Source: Gemmatimonadota bacterium
Lineage (GTDB): Bacteria; Gemmatimonadota; Gemmatimonadetes; Gemmatimonadales; Gemmatimonadaceae
Direction: 5' to 3'
Length of the DNA: 64,000 bases
Assembly: GCA_016871855.1 (NCBI GenBank)
Contig: VHBQ01000006.1
Location: forward strand, 6,103-70,102
Both the position numbers and the translations under genes were made by a program. The notes beneath the pieces were generated by a model. The model ran no database searches. It was given only the letters and a program-made list of their open reading frames with translations, and was not told the origin of the DNA. Below, piece after piece: positions 38,966 through 47,271 of the stretch. How positions within the stretch are numbered: the stretch's first letter is position 1; the number at the start of each line of letters is the position of its first letter.

Positions 38966-40459
38966 GTGGCCTCGATCCGGTCGCGGGTCACGGCGGCATA
39001 CGCGCTGGCCTTGGGCGGCACGATGCTCGCCTTCGCCCTCGCCCTGTGGACGGCGCGTCGCGCCTCCGTGCTCCGGGACTTGCAGGTGCGGGTTGCGACG
39101 CTGGCCGACATCGGGCACCTGGTGCTGACCCAGGCCGGGATGCAGAACACGCCGGTCGTGGTGACCACCGACTCCATGCGCGGCCCGGAGCTGCAGCCGC
39201 TGCTGCGTGCGCGGCTCGACGCCGTGCCCGGCTACCTGATCGTCACGGATTCCCTGCGCGCGCTGTACCTGTCGGCGGACGTGCGCGCGCTCGCGCCGGA
39301 CGACGCGGCCGAACTGCTGCGCGCGGTGATGCTGTTCACGCCGGAGAAGCGCGCCGCGACCGTGACGCTCGCCGCCGACGAACTGCTGATGGTCGCCCGC
39401 TTCGAGGACGGCGAGGCCGGCCCCGTGCGCCGCGTGGTGGCGGCCAGTTCGGTGGGGGCGGCGGAGTTCATTGGCAGCGAGCAGTTTAAGGTGCTCGTGC
39501 TGATCGCACCGCTCATCGTGCTGCTGTCGGTGATCATGGCCTACGTGATCACCGGACGAGCCCTGCGCCCCGTGGACGAGATCATCAGCGAAGTGTCGGC
39601 CCTCACCGACGGCCGCTCGCTGCACCGGCGGCTGCCGCCGTCGGAGGGGGACGACGAGCTGGCCCGCCTGTCGGACACGCTGAACGCGATGATCGCGCGG
39701 CTCGAGCAGTCCTTCTCGGGCCTGCGGCGGTTCACGGCGGACGCCAGCCACGAGCTCAAGACGCCGCTCACCGTGCTGCGCGCCGACATCGAGCGCGCGA
39801 TGACGGCGGGGCCGCGCTCGACTGAGGGGCTGATCGCGCTGGAGGAGGCGCTGCAGGAGACGGCGCGCATGGCCGACCTGGTGGACTCCCTGCTCACGCT
39901 GGCCCGCGCCGACGAAGGGCGCTTCGACCTGCACCGCGAGCCGGTGGCCCTCGTGCCGCTGGTGCGCGACGTGGCGGAGACCGCGCAGATCCTGGGCGAA
40001 GACGCCGGGCTCACGGTCCGGGTCGAGCCGCTCGAGGCGGCGACGGTGATGGGCGACGCGCTGCGCCTCCGCCAGCTGTGCCTGAATCTCGTCACCAACG
40101 CCGTGAAGTACACCGCGCGCGGCGGTCGCGTGGAACTCTCGCTCACGCGGCGGGGGGACACCGCCGAGTTCGCAGTGCGCGACACGGGGATCGGGATCGC
40201 CGGCGCCGACCTGCCCTACGTGTTCGACCGCTTCTGGCGGGCGGACCGCGCCCGCTCGCGGTCGGCTGGGCAGGGGGGCGTGGGGCTCGGGTTGGCCATC
40301 TCGCAGTACATCGCGCACGCGCATGGCGGGTCCATCACCGTGGCCTCGCGACTCGGGCGGGGCTCCACGTTCACGGTCTCGTTGCCGCTGGCCGTCGGGG
40401 CCACGGCCGGCGGCGAGGCCCCCCCAGAGCAGCCGCGGGCGGCCGCAAGCGAAGACTAA
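38966..40459 (+). CDS. membrane HAMP sensor histidine kinase
   Basis: 497 aa with two TM segments and a HAMP domain. H-box is FTADASHELKTPLTVL, and the G boxes are DTGIGI and GVGLGLAISQYIA. Confidence 0.88.
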   Translation: MASIRSRVTAAYALALGGTMLAFALALWTARRASVLRDLQVRVATLADIGHLVLTQAGMQNTPVVVTTDSMRGPELQPLLRARLDAVPGYLIVTDSLRALYLSADVRALAPDDAAELLRAVMLFTPEKRAATVTLAADELLMVARFEDGEAGPVRRVVAASSVGAAEFIGSEQFKVLVLIAPLIVLLSVIMAYVITGRALRPVDEIISEVSALTDGRSLHRRLPPSEGDDELARLSDTLNAMIARLEQSFSGLRRFTADASHELKTPLTVLRADIERAMTAGPRSTEGLIALEEALQETARMADLVDSLLTLARADEGRFDLHREPVALVPLVRDVAETAQILGEDAGLTVRVEPLEAATVMGDALRLRQLCLNLVTNAVKYTARGGRVELSLTRRGDTAEFAVRDTGIGIAGADLPYVFDRFWRADRARSRSAGQGGVGLGLAISQYIAHAHGGSITVASRLGRGSTFTVSLPLAVGATAGGEAPPEQPRAAASED

Positions 40460-40574
40460 CTTCGCGTTAAGCGAATCTTAATGTTCTCGCGGTTACTGGG
40501 TTCATCTTCGGGGCCTAGAATCACGTACACGAACCGCCGTACCAGTTTCACCGCTGCCACACACGGGGTGCGTA

Positions 40575-41276
40575 GTGTTCAATAATCTCCTGGAGTCCAA
40601 GGCCCAGAAGCAGAAGACCGTCGGCGGGAGCATCGCCTCCGGCATCCTGCACGTCCTGTTGGTTTGGGGTGCGGTCGTCGCGACGGCGAGCGCCGGCGAG
40701 CAGCTGCGCGAGGCGAAGGAGCAGAAGGTCGACTTCGTCGAAGTGAAGAAGGAGCAACCGAAGGAAGCGCCGAAGGAGCAGCCCCAGATGGAGCAGGCCG
40801 TGCCCATCGTGAAGGGCTTCCAGGTGCTGACGGCGCCCATCAACATTCCCGATGTCATCCCCGAGATTGACCTGTCGCGCGCGGTCACGAACGAGGCGGA
40901 CTTCTCGGGCAAGGGCGTGCAGGGCGGCATCGCCTCGGGTTCAAAGACCGGCATCGTGCCGCTCGAGGTGACACAGACCTACTTCGAGTTCCAGGTCGAG
41001 AAGCCGGTGGTGCAAGCGCCCGGATCCGCCGCGCCGCGCTACCCCGAGATTCTCAAGTCGGCCGGCGTCGAGGGCGAGGTGCTCGCCCAGTTCACGGTTG
41101 ACACCACGGGGCGCGCCGAAACGGGCTCGTTCAAGGTCCTCAAGACGTCCCATGAGCTCTTTGCGCTCGCGGTCAAGAACGCCCTCCCGGGGATGCGGTT
41201 CCTTCCGGCCGAGGTCGGCGGCAAGCGCGTGAAGCAGCTCGTGCAGCAGCCCTTTGTCTTCGCCATCCAGAAGTAG
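40575..41276 (+). CDS. tonB: energy transducer TonB
   Basis: GTG start. An N-terminal anchor is followed by a Lys/Glu/Pro-rich linker (KKEQPKEAPKEQPQ). The C-terminal TonB domain is PRYPEILKSAGVEGEVLAQFTVDTTGR...LPGMRFLPAEVGGKRVKQLVQQPFVF. Confidence 0.85.
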   Translation: MFNNLLESKAQKQKTVGGSIASGILHVLLVWGAVVATASAGEQLREAKEQKVDFVEVKKEQPKEAPKEQPQMEQAVPIVKGFQVLTAPINIPDVIPEIDLSRAVTNEADFSGKGVQGGIASGSKTGIVPLEVTQTYFEFQVEKPVVQAPGSAAPRYPEILKSAGVEGEVLAQFTVDTTGRAETGSFKVLKTSHELFALAVKNALPGMRFLPAEVGGKRVKQLVQQPFVFAIQK

Positions 41277-41317
41277 CCAGACCACCACCGAACCACTGAA
41301 CGCAGGAGCGTTATTCC

Positions 41318-42049
41318 ATGTCAATGATTGAGCTGTGGGGCCACATGGGCTATTTCGCCAAGGGTATCGTCTATACCCTGCTCATCCAGTCCGTGTGGTC
41401 GATTTCCATCATGGTGCAGAAGTGGTGGTATCTGCGCGCGGCGCAGGCGCAGACGCGCAAGTTCGCGCCGGAGTTCTCGCAGTTCCTCGAAGAGGACAAC
41501 CTCAACGAGGCGATCAACCTGGCCGAGAACTACAAGAAGTCGCCGGTCGCCAAGGTGCTGGGTGGCGCGCTGGGCGAGATCAAGCCGCTCATTCAGGACG
41601 GCTCGGTGACGGTGTCGGACATCAACTCCGCGGAGCGCGCGGTCGAGCGTGAGATGCTGATGCAGATCGTGCTGCTCAAGCGCGGTCTCGCGATGCTGGC
41701 GACGACGGGCGCCACGGCGCCGTTCGTCGGCCTCCTCGGCACGACGATGGGCGTGGTGAACGCGTTCCAGGGCATGGCGGCGGGCGGCGGTGGCGGCATC
41801 GGCTCGATCGCGGCCGGCATCTCGGAAGCCCTGATCACGACGGCGTTCGGCCTCGGCGTGGCCATTCCGGCAGTGTGGGGATACAACTACTTCACCACCA
41901 AGATCGACAACATCACGGCCGAGATGACGTATTCGTCGAAGGAAATGATCGACTACCTCATCAAGGGCGTGTCGGGCGAGTTCGGACGGTCGCGCTTCAC
42001 CCGCGAGTTCAACACGGCCGCGCAGAACGCCGCGAAGTCGCCGGTCTGA
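41318..42049 (+). CDS. exbB: MotA/TolQ/ExbB proton-channel protein
   Basis: 243 aa. LATTGATAPFVGLLGTTMGVVNAF...ISEALITTAFGLGVAIPAV is the ExbB/TolQ core. Confidence 0.9.
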   Translation: MSMIELWGHMGYFAKGIVYTLLIQSVWSISIMVQKWWYLRAAQAQTRKFAPEFSQFLEEDNLNEAINLAENYKKSPVAKVLGGALGEIKPLIQDGSVTVSDINSAERAVEREMLMQIVLLKRGLAMLATTGATAPFVGLLGTTMGVVNAFQGMAAGGGGGIGSIAAGISEALITTAFGLGVAIPAVWGYNYFTTKIDNITAEMTYSSKEMIDYLIKGVSGEFGRSRFTREFNTAAQNAAKSPV

Positions 42050-42083
42050 TTTGCCGACCATCCATCCATAAGGAGGGACGGCC

Positions 42084-42557
42084 ATGTCGATGGCAGTCAG
42101 CGGGGCAAGTGATGTCAAGGCGGAACCGAACGTCACGCCCATGATTGACGTGATGCTCGTGCTCCTGATCATCTTCATGATCGTGATTCCGGCCGTCAAC
42201 GCCGGGTTCAACGCCGTGCCGCCGAAGGGCCAGAACCTGAAGCCGCATCCCGAAGAGGATGCGGATCAGGTGCTCGGCATTGACGCGTCAGGGCAGTACT
42301 ACCTGAACAAGGCCCAGATCAAGAACGAGGATCTCGGGGCGCTGCTGAAGGCGATTTACGACGAGCGCACCGAGGACAAGATCATGTACCTCAAGGCGCA
42401 CGAAAAGCTCAAGTATGAGAAGGTGATCGACGCCTTGGACATCGCCGCGAAGAACGGCGTGCGCGTCACGGGCATGATCACCGACCAGATTCCGGGCTCT
42501 CGCTCGCTTATTGAGACGGACAACCTGTCCCAGATGAAGCCGCCGGGAGGGAACTGA
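42084..42557 (+). CDS. exbD: ExbD/TolR biopolymer transport protein
   Basis: NVTPMIDVMLVLLIIFMIV N-terminal helix with the conserved Asp, followed by a periplasmic domain. Confidence 0.88.
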   Translation: MSMAVSGASDVKAEPNVTPMIDVMLVLLIIFMIVIPAVNAGFNAVPPKGQNLKPHPEEDADQVLGIDASGQYYLNKAQIKNEDLGALLKAIYDERTEDKIMYLKAHEKLKYEKVIDALDIAAKNGVRVTGMITDQIPGSRSLIETDNLSQMKPPGGN

Positions 42558-42979
42558 TGGGTATCTCAACTGGTGGAAAGGGTCTGAACTCCGACCCGAA
42601 CCTGGTGCCGATGATCGACGTGCTGCTCGTGCTGCTGGTGATCTTCATGATCATCATCCCCATGAGCCGGAAAGCGCTGGACGTGCAGCTCCCCGATCCG
42701 ACGCCGTCGGACAAGGAAGCGAAGCCGAATCCGGACCAGATCGTGCTCGAGGTCCTGCCCGCCGGGTTCGCGCTCAACAAGGAGCCGCTCACGAAGGAGA
42801 ACCTGTACCGGCGGCTGAAGGAGGTTTACGATCCGCGTCCGGACAAGATCATCTTCATCAAGGGCGATCCGCAGGTGATCTATCAGGACGTCATCTTCGC
42901 CATGGACCAGGCGCGCGGCGCCGGGGTCAAGGTGATCGGCGTTCCGCCGAAGGCCACCGCCGAGCCGGCGGCGCCGTAG
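42557..42979 (+). CDS. exbD: ExbD/TolR biopolymer transport protein (second copy)
   Basis: NLVPMIDVLLVLLVIFMII motif. The start overlaps the previous stop. Confidence 0.88.
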   Translation: MGISTGGKGLNSDPNLVPMIDVLLVLLVIFMIIIPMSRKALDVQLPDPTPSDKEAKPNPDQIVLEVLPAGFALNKEPLTKENLYRRLKEVYDPRPDKIIFIKGDPQVIYQDVIFAMDQARGAGVKVIGVPPKATAEPAAP

Positions 42980-43012
42980 CGGCAACCTCCGGCCCTCGGG
43001 CCGGGTATCAGG

Positions 43013-43054
43013 CGGCGGGCGAACCCTTTACGGGCCGCCCGCCGTACTGATTTT
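43013..43054 (+). terminator. hairpin plus T-run after exbD2
   Basis: CGGCGGGCG...CGCCCGCCG stem followed by TACTGATTTT. Additional small GC hairpins flank it. Confidence 0.45.
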
Positions 43055-43109
43055 GAGGGAGGCCGGCTCAGGCCGGCGCACCCATTTTCCGGGATTTTCG
43101 TTATAGGTT

Positions 43110-43967
43110 ATGAGGATCGGCGCAAGCCGGTCCCGAGTTCGTGCAGACCCCCCAGCCACCACCGCCACAGCCGTGACCGCCCCTCGTCCCCGTCCGACCT
43201 TTCGTCCCCCCGTGGGATTGCCCATCCGGGAGGAGGGGAAGGTGCGCGGGCTCGCCGCCTCGGTGCTGTTGCACGCGCTGATTCTGTTCCTGGTGGCCGG
43301 TCCTGTTTTCGTGCACGACGCGCTGGTGGCGCAGCGGGAAGGGGCGGGTGGCCCCGGACCGGCTGGTGGAGGAGGCGGCGGAAACCGTGGGACCGGCGGC
43401 GTCGTTCGCGAGACCGTGCGCTTCATGCGGGTCGCCCCGCCGCCGCCCGCCAAGACGGAGGCGCCGGTCGTGAAGCCGATCGTCCCTCCGCCGCCACAGC
43501 CTAAGCCCGAACCGACACCTGCCCCCGTTGCGCCAGCTCCCACGCAGCCGGACGCGAAGGACGCCAGTCTCGTTGCCGGCGTGGGCGGCGGAACCGGCAA
43601 CGACGGCAGCGCCGGATCCGGCCCAGGGTCCGGAGGCGGCGTGGGGTCAGGGATCGGCACTGGACGTGGCTCAGGGGTCGGCCCCGGCACGGGCGGCGGC
43701 ACGGGCAAGGTCTATCCGCCAACGCCGACCAACCTCGTCATTCTGCCGATCCCGGTTCCGGCGAAGGTGCGCCCCTACAAGCTCGTCGCCTTCTTTGACG
43801 TGGATGAGCGCGGCAACACCACGCTGCTGTCGTTCAATCCGTCGAAGGACGCGTCCTACAACCGGAAGATTCGCGAGATGCTGCTGGAGTTCCGCTTCCG
43901 TCCCGCGGTGCGCGCCGACGGGACGCCGGTGCGGGATACGACGTGGATTTCTGCCGAAGCCCCGTAA
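43110..43967 (+). CDS. TonB-like protein with extended Pro/Gly-rich low-complexity linker
   Basis: 285 aa with TM helix GLAASVLLHALILFLVAG. The linker is a long P/G/T-rich segment (PPPPAKTEAPVVKPIVPPPPQPKPEPTPAPVAPAP...GSGPGSGGGVGSGIGTGRGSGVGPGTGGG). The C-terminal ~90 aa are TonB-C-like. The start is uncertain. Confidence 0.65.
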   Translation: MRIGASRSRVRADPPATTATAVTAPRPRPTFRPPVGLPIREEGKVRGLAASVLLHALILFLVAGPVFVHDALVAQREGAGGPGPAGGGGGGNRGTGGVVRETVRFMRVAPPPPAKTEAPVVKPIVPPPPQPKPEPTPAPVAPAPTQPDAKDASLVAGVGGGTGNDGSAGSGPGSGGGVGSGIGTGRGSGVGPGTGGGTGKVYPPTPTNLVILPIPVPAKVRPYKLVAFFDVDERGNTTLLSFNPSKDASYNRKIREMLLEFRFRPAVRADGTPVRDTTWISAEAP

Positions 43968-43977
43968 CTGCAGAAAA

Positions 43978-44032
43978 ACAACAGAGAGACAACAGAGAAA
44001 CAACAGAGAGACAACAGAGAAACAACAGAGGG
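43978..44032. repeat. 11-bp tandem repeat x5 (ACAACAGAGAG / ACAACAGAGAA alternating)
   Basis: Read directly. It starts 11 nt after the TAA stop of the TonB-like gene and is purine-rich and AT-rich relative to the surrounding DNA. Confidence 0.95.
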
Positions 44033-44060
44033 GCGGCCGAGTGCGGTCGCCCTTTGCTGT
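44031..44060 (+). terminator. rho-independent-type terminator hairpin
   Basis: GGGCGGCCG-AGTG-CGGTCGCCC (9-bp stem with one G:U) followed by TTTGCTGTTT. Confidence 0.55.
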
Positions 44061-44075
44061 TTCGTGGTCGGGCCC

Positions 44076-44138
44076 GCACCGTCTTCCGCCTTCCGTCTTC
44101 CGTCTTCCGTCTCCTGTCTCCCGTCTCCCGTCTGCTCT
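44076..44138. repeat. tandem 7-bp repeat array x9 (CTTCCGT / CTCCCGT variants), solo right-arm type
   Basis: GCACCGT CTTCCGC CTTCCGT x3 CTCCTGT CTCCCGT x3, read directly. Confidence 0.95.
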
Positions 44139-44225
44139 CTGGCCCAACCCCATTCCCGCGCCTAACTTACGCGGGTTCCGGACCGGCCCGGTGGCCCCGC
44201 TTCTCCTCTGTCGAAGAGGCTCCGC

Positions 44226-45713
44226 ATGAGCGACCAGCAGCACGCCAAGGGTTCGCACCACCACTCGGAGTTCGTGAAGGCGCTGACGCTCACCGACGCG
44301 ACCATGCTGGTCGCCGGCTCGATGATCGGATCGGGCATTTTCATTGTCTCGGCCGACATCAGCCGTACGCTTGGCTCGCCGGGATGGCTCCTCCTCGCGT
44401 GGGTCGTCACGGGCATCGTCACCGTGCTGGGCGCACTCGCCTTCGGTGAACTGGCCGCGATGTACCCGCGCGCCGGCGGGATGTATGTCTTCCTGCGCGA
44501 GTCCATGGGCCCGCTGATGGGCTTTCTGTACGGGTGGACGCTCTTCATCGTCATCCAGACGGGAACAATCGCCGCCGTGGCCGTGGGATTCGGCAAGTTC
44601 CTCGGCGTGCTCTTCCCGTCGGTCACCGCCGACCGCTGGCTGCTCGCCTTCGACATCGACACCGGCGGCACCGTCCTTGAGTTCGGGCTGTCCTGGCAGC
44701 GGGTGGCGGCGCTCATCTCCATCTGGGCGCTCACCTGGGTGAACCTGCGCGGCGTGAAGGAAGGGAAGTGGGTGCAGACCGTGCTCACCTTCATCAAGAC
44801 CGCGGCGCTGATCATCCTCATCCTGCTCGGCCTGCTCGTGGGGCGGAACGCCGAAGCGATCGCGGCGAACTTCAGCGGCGGCAACTTCTTCGCCGGGACG
44901 CCAGACCTCGGCGCGCTGTTCGTCGTGACCTTCGGGTCGGCGCTCGTCGGATCGCTCTTCTCGGCAGACTCGTGGCACGCTCCGACCTTCGCCGCAGCTG
45001 AGGTGCAGAATCCGGCGCGCAACCTGCCACGCGCGCTGCTCATCGGCACGGTCATGGTGACGGCGCTCTACGTGCTGGCGAACGTCTCCTACCTGGTGGT
45101 GCTGCCGCTCCACGGCGCAGCGGACGGCGCGACCATCCTCGCACGCGGCATCGACCACGCCACGCAGGACCGCGTGGCGACGGCGGTGATGGAGAGCGTC
45201 TTCGGGCCGAGCGGCGCGCTGATCATGGCGGGCGCGATTGTGATCTCGACGCTCGGCTGCAACAACGGCCTGATCCTCTCCGGTGCGCGCGTGTACTATG
45301 CCATGGCGCGTGACGGGTCGTTCTTCGCGCGCGCCGGTGTGCTGAGCCAGCACGGCGTGCCCGCGTTCGCGCTGGTCGTGCAGTCGCTCTGGACGAGCCT
45401 GCTCTGTCTCACGGGCACGTACAATCAACTGCTCGACTACGTGATCTTCGCCGCGCTCATCTTCTACGCGCTCACGACCGTCGGGCTGTTCCTCCTGCGG
45501 CGGCAGCGGCCGGATGAACCGCGGCCCTACCGGGCGGTGGGCTATCCCGTGCTCCCCGCGCTGTACGTCCTCGCGGCCGCCGGGGTGGCCGTAACCCTGC
45601 TGGTCGCCGCCAAGACGCGCGTGCAGGCCCTGTCCGGCCTGGTGATCGTGCTGCTCGGCGTGCCGGTCTACTTCTGGTGGCACCGCGGCGCCGCGCGCCG
45701 CTTGGGGACCTGA
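44226..45713 (+). CDS. APC-superfamily amino acid permease (LAT/SteT-like)
   Basis: 495-aa protein with 12 TM segments. The N-terminal LTLTDATMLVAGSMIGSGIFIVSADI signature is typical of L-type amino acid transporters. Confidence 0.85.
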   Translation: MSDQQHAKGSHHHSEFVKALTLTDATMLVAGSMIGSGIFIVSADISRTLGSPGWLLLAWVVTGIVTVLGALAFGELAAMYPRAGGMYVFLRESMGPLMGFLYGWTLFIVIQTGTIAAVAVGFGKFLGVLFPSVTADRWLLAFDIDTGGTVLEFGLSWQRVAALISIWALTWVNLRGVKEGKWVQTVLTFIKTAALIILILLGLLVGRNAEAIAANFSGGNFFAGTPDLGALFVVTFGSALVGSLFSADSWHAPTFAAAEVQNPARNLPRALLIGTVMVTALYVLANVSYLVVLPLHGAADGATILARGIDHATQDRVATAVMESVFGPSGALIMAGAIVISTLGCNNGLILSGARVYYAMARDGSFFARAGVLSQHGVPAFALVVQSLWTSLLCLTGTYNQLLDYVIFAALIFYALTTVGLFLLRRQRPDEPRPYRAVGYPVLPALYVLAAAGVAVTLLVAAKTRVQALSGLVIVLLGVPVYFWWHRGAARRLGT

Positions 45714-45714
45714 G

Positions 45715-47232
45715 ATGCACCTGTTCAAGCGCAAGCCCATCGTCGCGGTCGAGACGGAGGAGAACGGCACGCCGCACATGCGACGGGCGCTGGGCACCAG
45801 CGACCTCATCCTGCTCTCCATCGGCGCCGTCATCGGCGCGGGGATCTTCTCGGCGCTGGGGACCGCCGCGGCGGGCGAGGTTCTCGCCGACGGCACGGTG
45901 GTGCGCTACGGCGCCGGCCCGGCGCTGGTCCTGTCGTTCGTGCTGCTCGGCGCCGTCTGCGGACTTGCCGCGCTCTGCTACGCCGAGCTGGCGTCGATGA
46001 TCCCGCAGGCCGGAAGCGCCTACGCCTACTCGTATGCGACGCTGGGCGAGATCGTCGCCTGGATCGTCGGCTGGGCGCTGGTGCTCGAGTACGCCATCGG
46101 CAACATCGCGGTGGCGATCGCCTGGGGCGGCTACTTCGACTCGCTGCTCACCGGCTTCGGCATCAACCTTCCCGGATGGATGACGCACGGGTACTGGGTG
46201 GTGAAGGCGTCGAGCGACCCGGAGGTGCTGGCGCTGCTCGACAGCGCGCCGCGCCTCCTTGGCATCCCGATCCTCGTCAACATCCCGGCGTTCACCATCG
46301 TGGCGCTGGTCACCTGGCTGCTGATGCTTGGCGTGCGGGAGAGCGCGCGGGCGAATGCCGTGATGGTGGTGGTGAAGCTCGCGGTCCTGGTGTTGTTCGT
46401 GGTCGTCGGCGCGCAGCACATCGACACGGCCAACTACACGCCATTCGCGCCGAACGGCTTCCGGGGCATCCACCAGGGGGCCGCGATCGTCTTCTTCGCC
46501 TACATCGGCTTCGACGCCATCTCCACCGCCGCCGAGGAGACCAAGGATCCGCAGCGCACGATGCCACGCGGCATCCTCGGCGGCCTGGCAATCTGCACCC
46601 TCATCTACGTGATCGTCGGCTTCGTGGCCACGGGGCTGGTGCCGTACGAGCAGTTGCGGGCGAGCGATCCGCTGGCGCGCGCGCTCGAACTGGCCGGGCT
46701 CGAGACGGTGAGCTGGATCGTCTCGGCGGGCGCCGTGGTCTCGATGGCCGCCGTGCTGCTGGTCTTCCAGTACGGCCAGCCGCGCATCTTCTACGCCATG
46801 GCCCGCGACGGCCTGTTGCCGAAGTGGGCGGCGAAGATCCACCCGCGCACCCAGGTGCCGTGGGTGACGACGCTCCTCACCGGCGTGGTGGTGGCGGTGG
46901 CGTCGCTCGTGGCCAACGACGCCGCGACGTACGACCTCACCAACATTGGCACGCTCGCGGCGTTCGCCGTCGTGTGCATTGGCGTGCTCGCCCTGCGCAT
47001 TCGCGAGCCCGACCGGCCGCGCCCGTTCCGGGTGCCGTTCCTGCCGGTGGTGGCGCTCGGCGGCGCCGGCGCCTGTGTCTTCGTGATGAAGGGGCTGCCC
47101 ATCAGCGCCTGGATCGGCTTCGCCGTATGGATGACGCTGGGGCTCATCATCTACTTCACCTACGGCGTGCGCCATTCCGTGCTCCGGCGCGGCACGGACG
47201 CGGCCGTCCCGCCGCTGAAGGACTCGCATTAG
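45715..47232 (+). CDS. APC-superfamily amino acid permease (cationic amino acid transporter-like)
   Basis: 505 aa. LGTSDLILLSIGAVIGAGIFSALGTAAAG and AFAYIGFDAISTAAEETKDPQR are CAT/YfnA-type motifs. Confidence 0.85.
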   Translation: MHLFKRKPIVAVETEENGTPHMRRALGTSDLILLSIGAVIGAGIFSALGTAAAGEVLADGTVVRYGAGPALVLSFVLLGAVCGLAALCYAELASMIPQAGSAYAYSYATLGEIVAWIVGWALVLEYAIGNIAVAIAWGGYFDSLLTGFGINLPGWMTHGYWVVKASSDPEVLALLDSAPRLLGIPILVNIPAFTIVALVTWLLMLGVRESARANAVMVVVKLAVLVLFVVVGAQHIDTANYTPFAPNGFRGIHQGAAIVFFAYIGFDAISTAAEETKDPQRTMPRGILGGLAICTLIYVIVGFVATGLVPYEQLRASDPLARALELAGLETVSWIVSAGAVVSMAAVLLVFQYGQPRIFYAMARDGLLPKWAAKIHPRTQVPWVTTLLTGVVVAVASLVANDAATYDLTNIGTLAAFAVVCIGVLALRIREPDRPRPFRVPFLPVVALGGAGACVFVMKGLPISAWIGFAVWMTLGLIIYFTYGVRHSVLRRGTDAAVPPLKDSH

Positions 47233-47271
47233 GGGCGGCGCGGCCGTTCCATCCTCTTTCGATCCCGTCCC

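Noticed and set aside
40460-40574. Looked for a Fur box or other iron-responsive operator upstream of the tonB operon.
   Set aside because: Only a short TTAAG...CTTAA inverted repeat is present. Nothing resembles the 19-bp GATAATGATAATCATTATC-type consensus, so no call is made.
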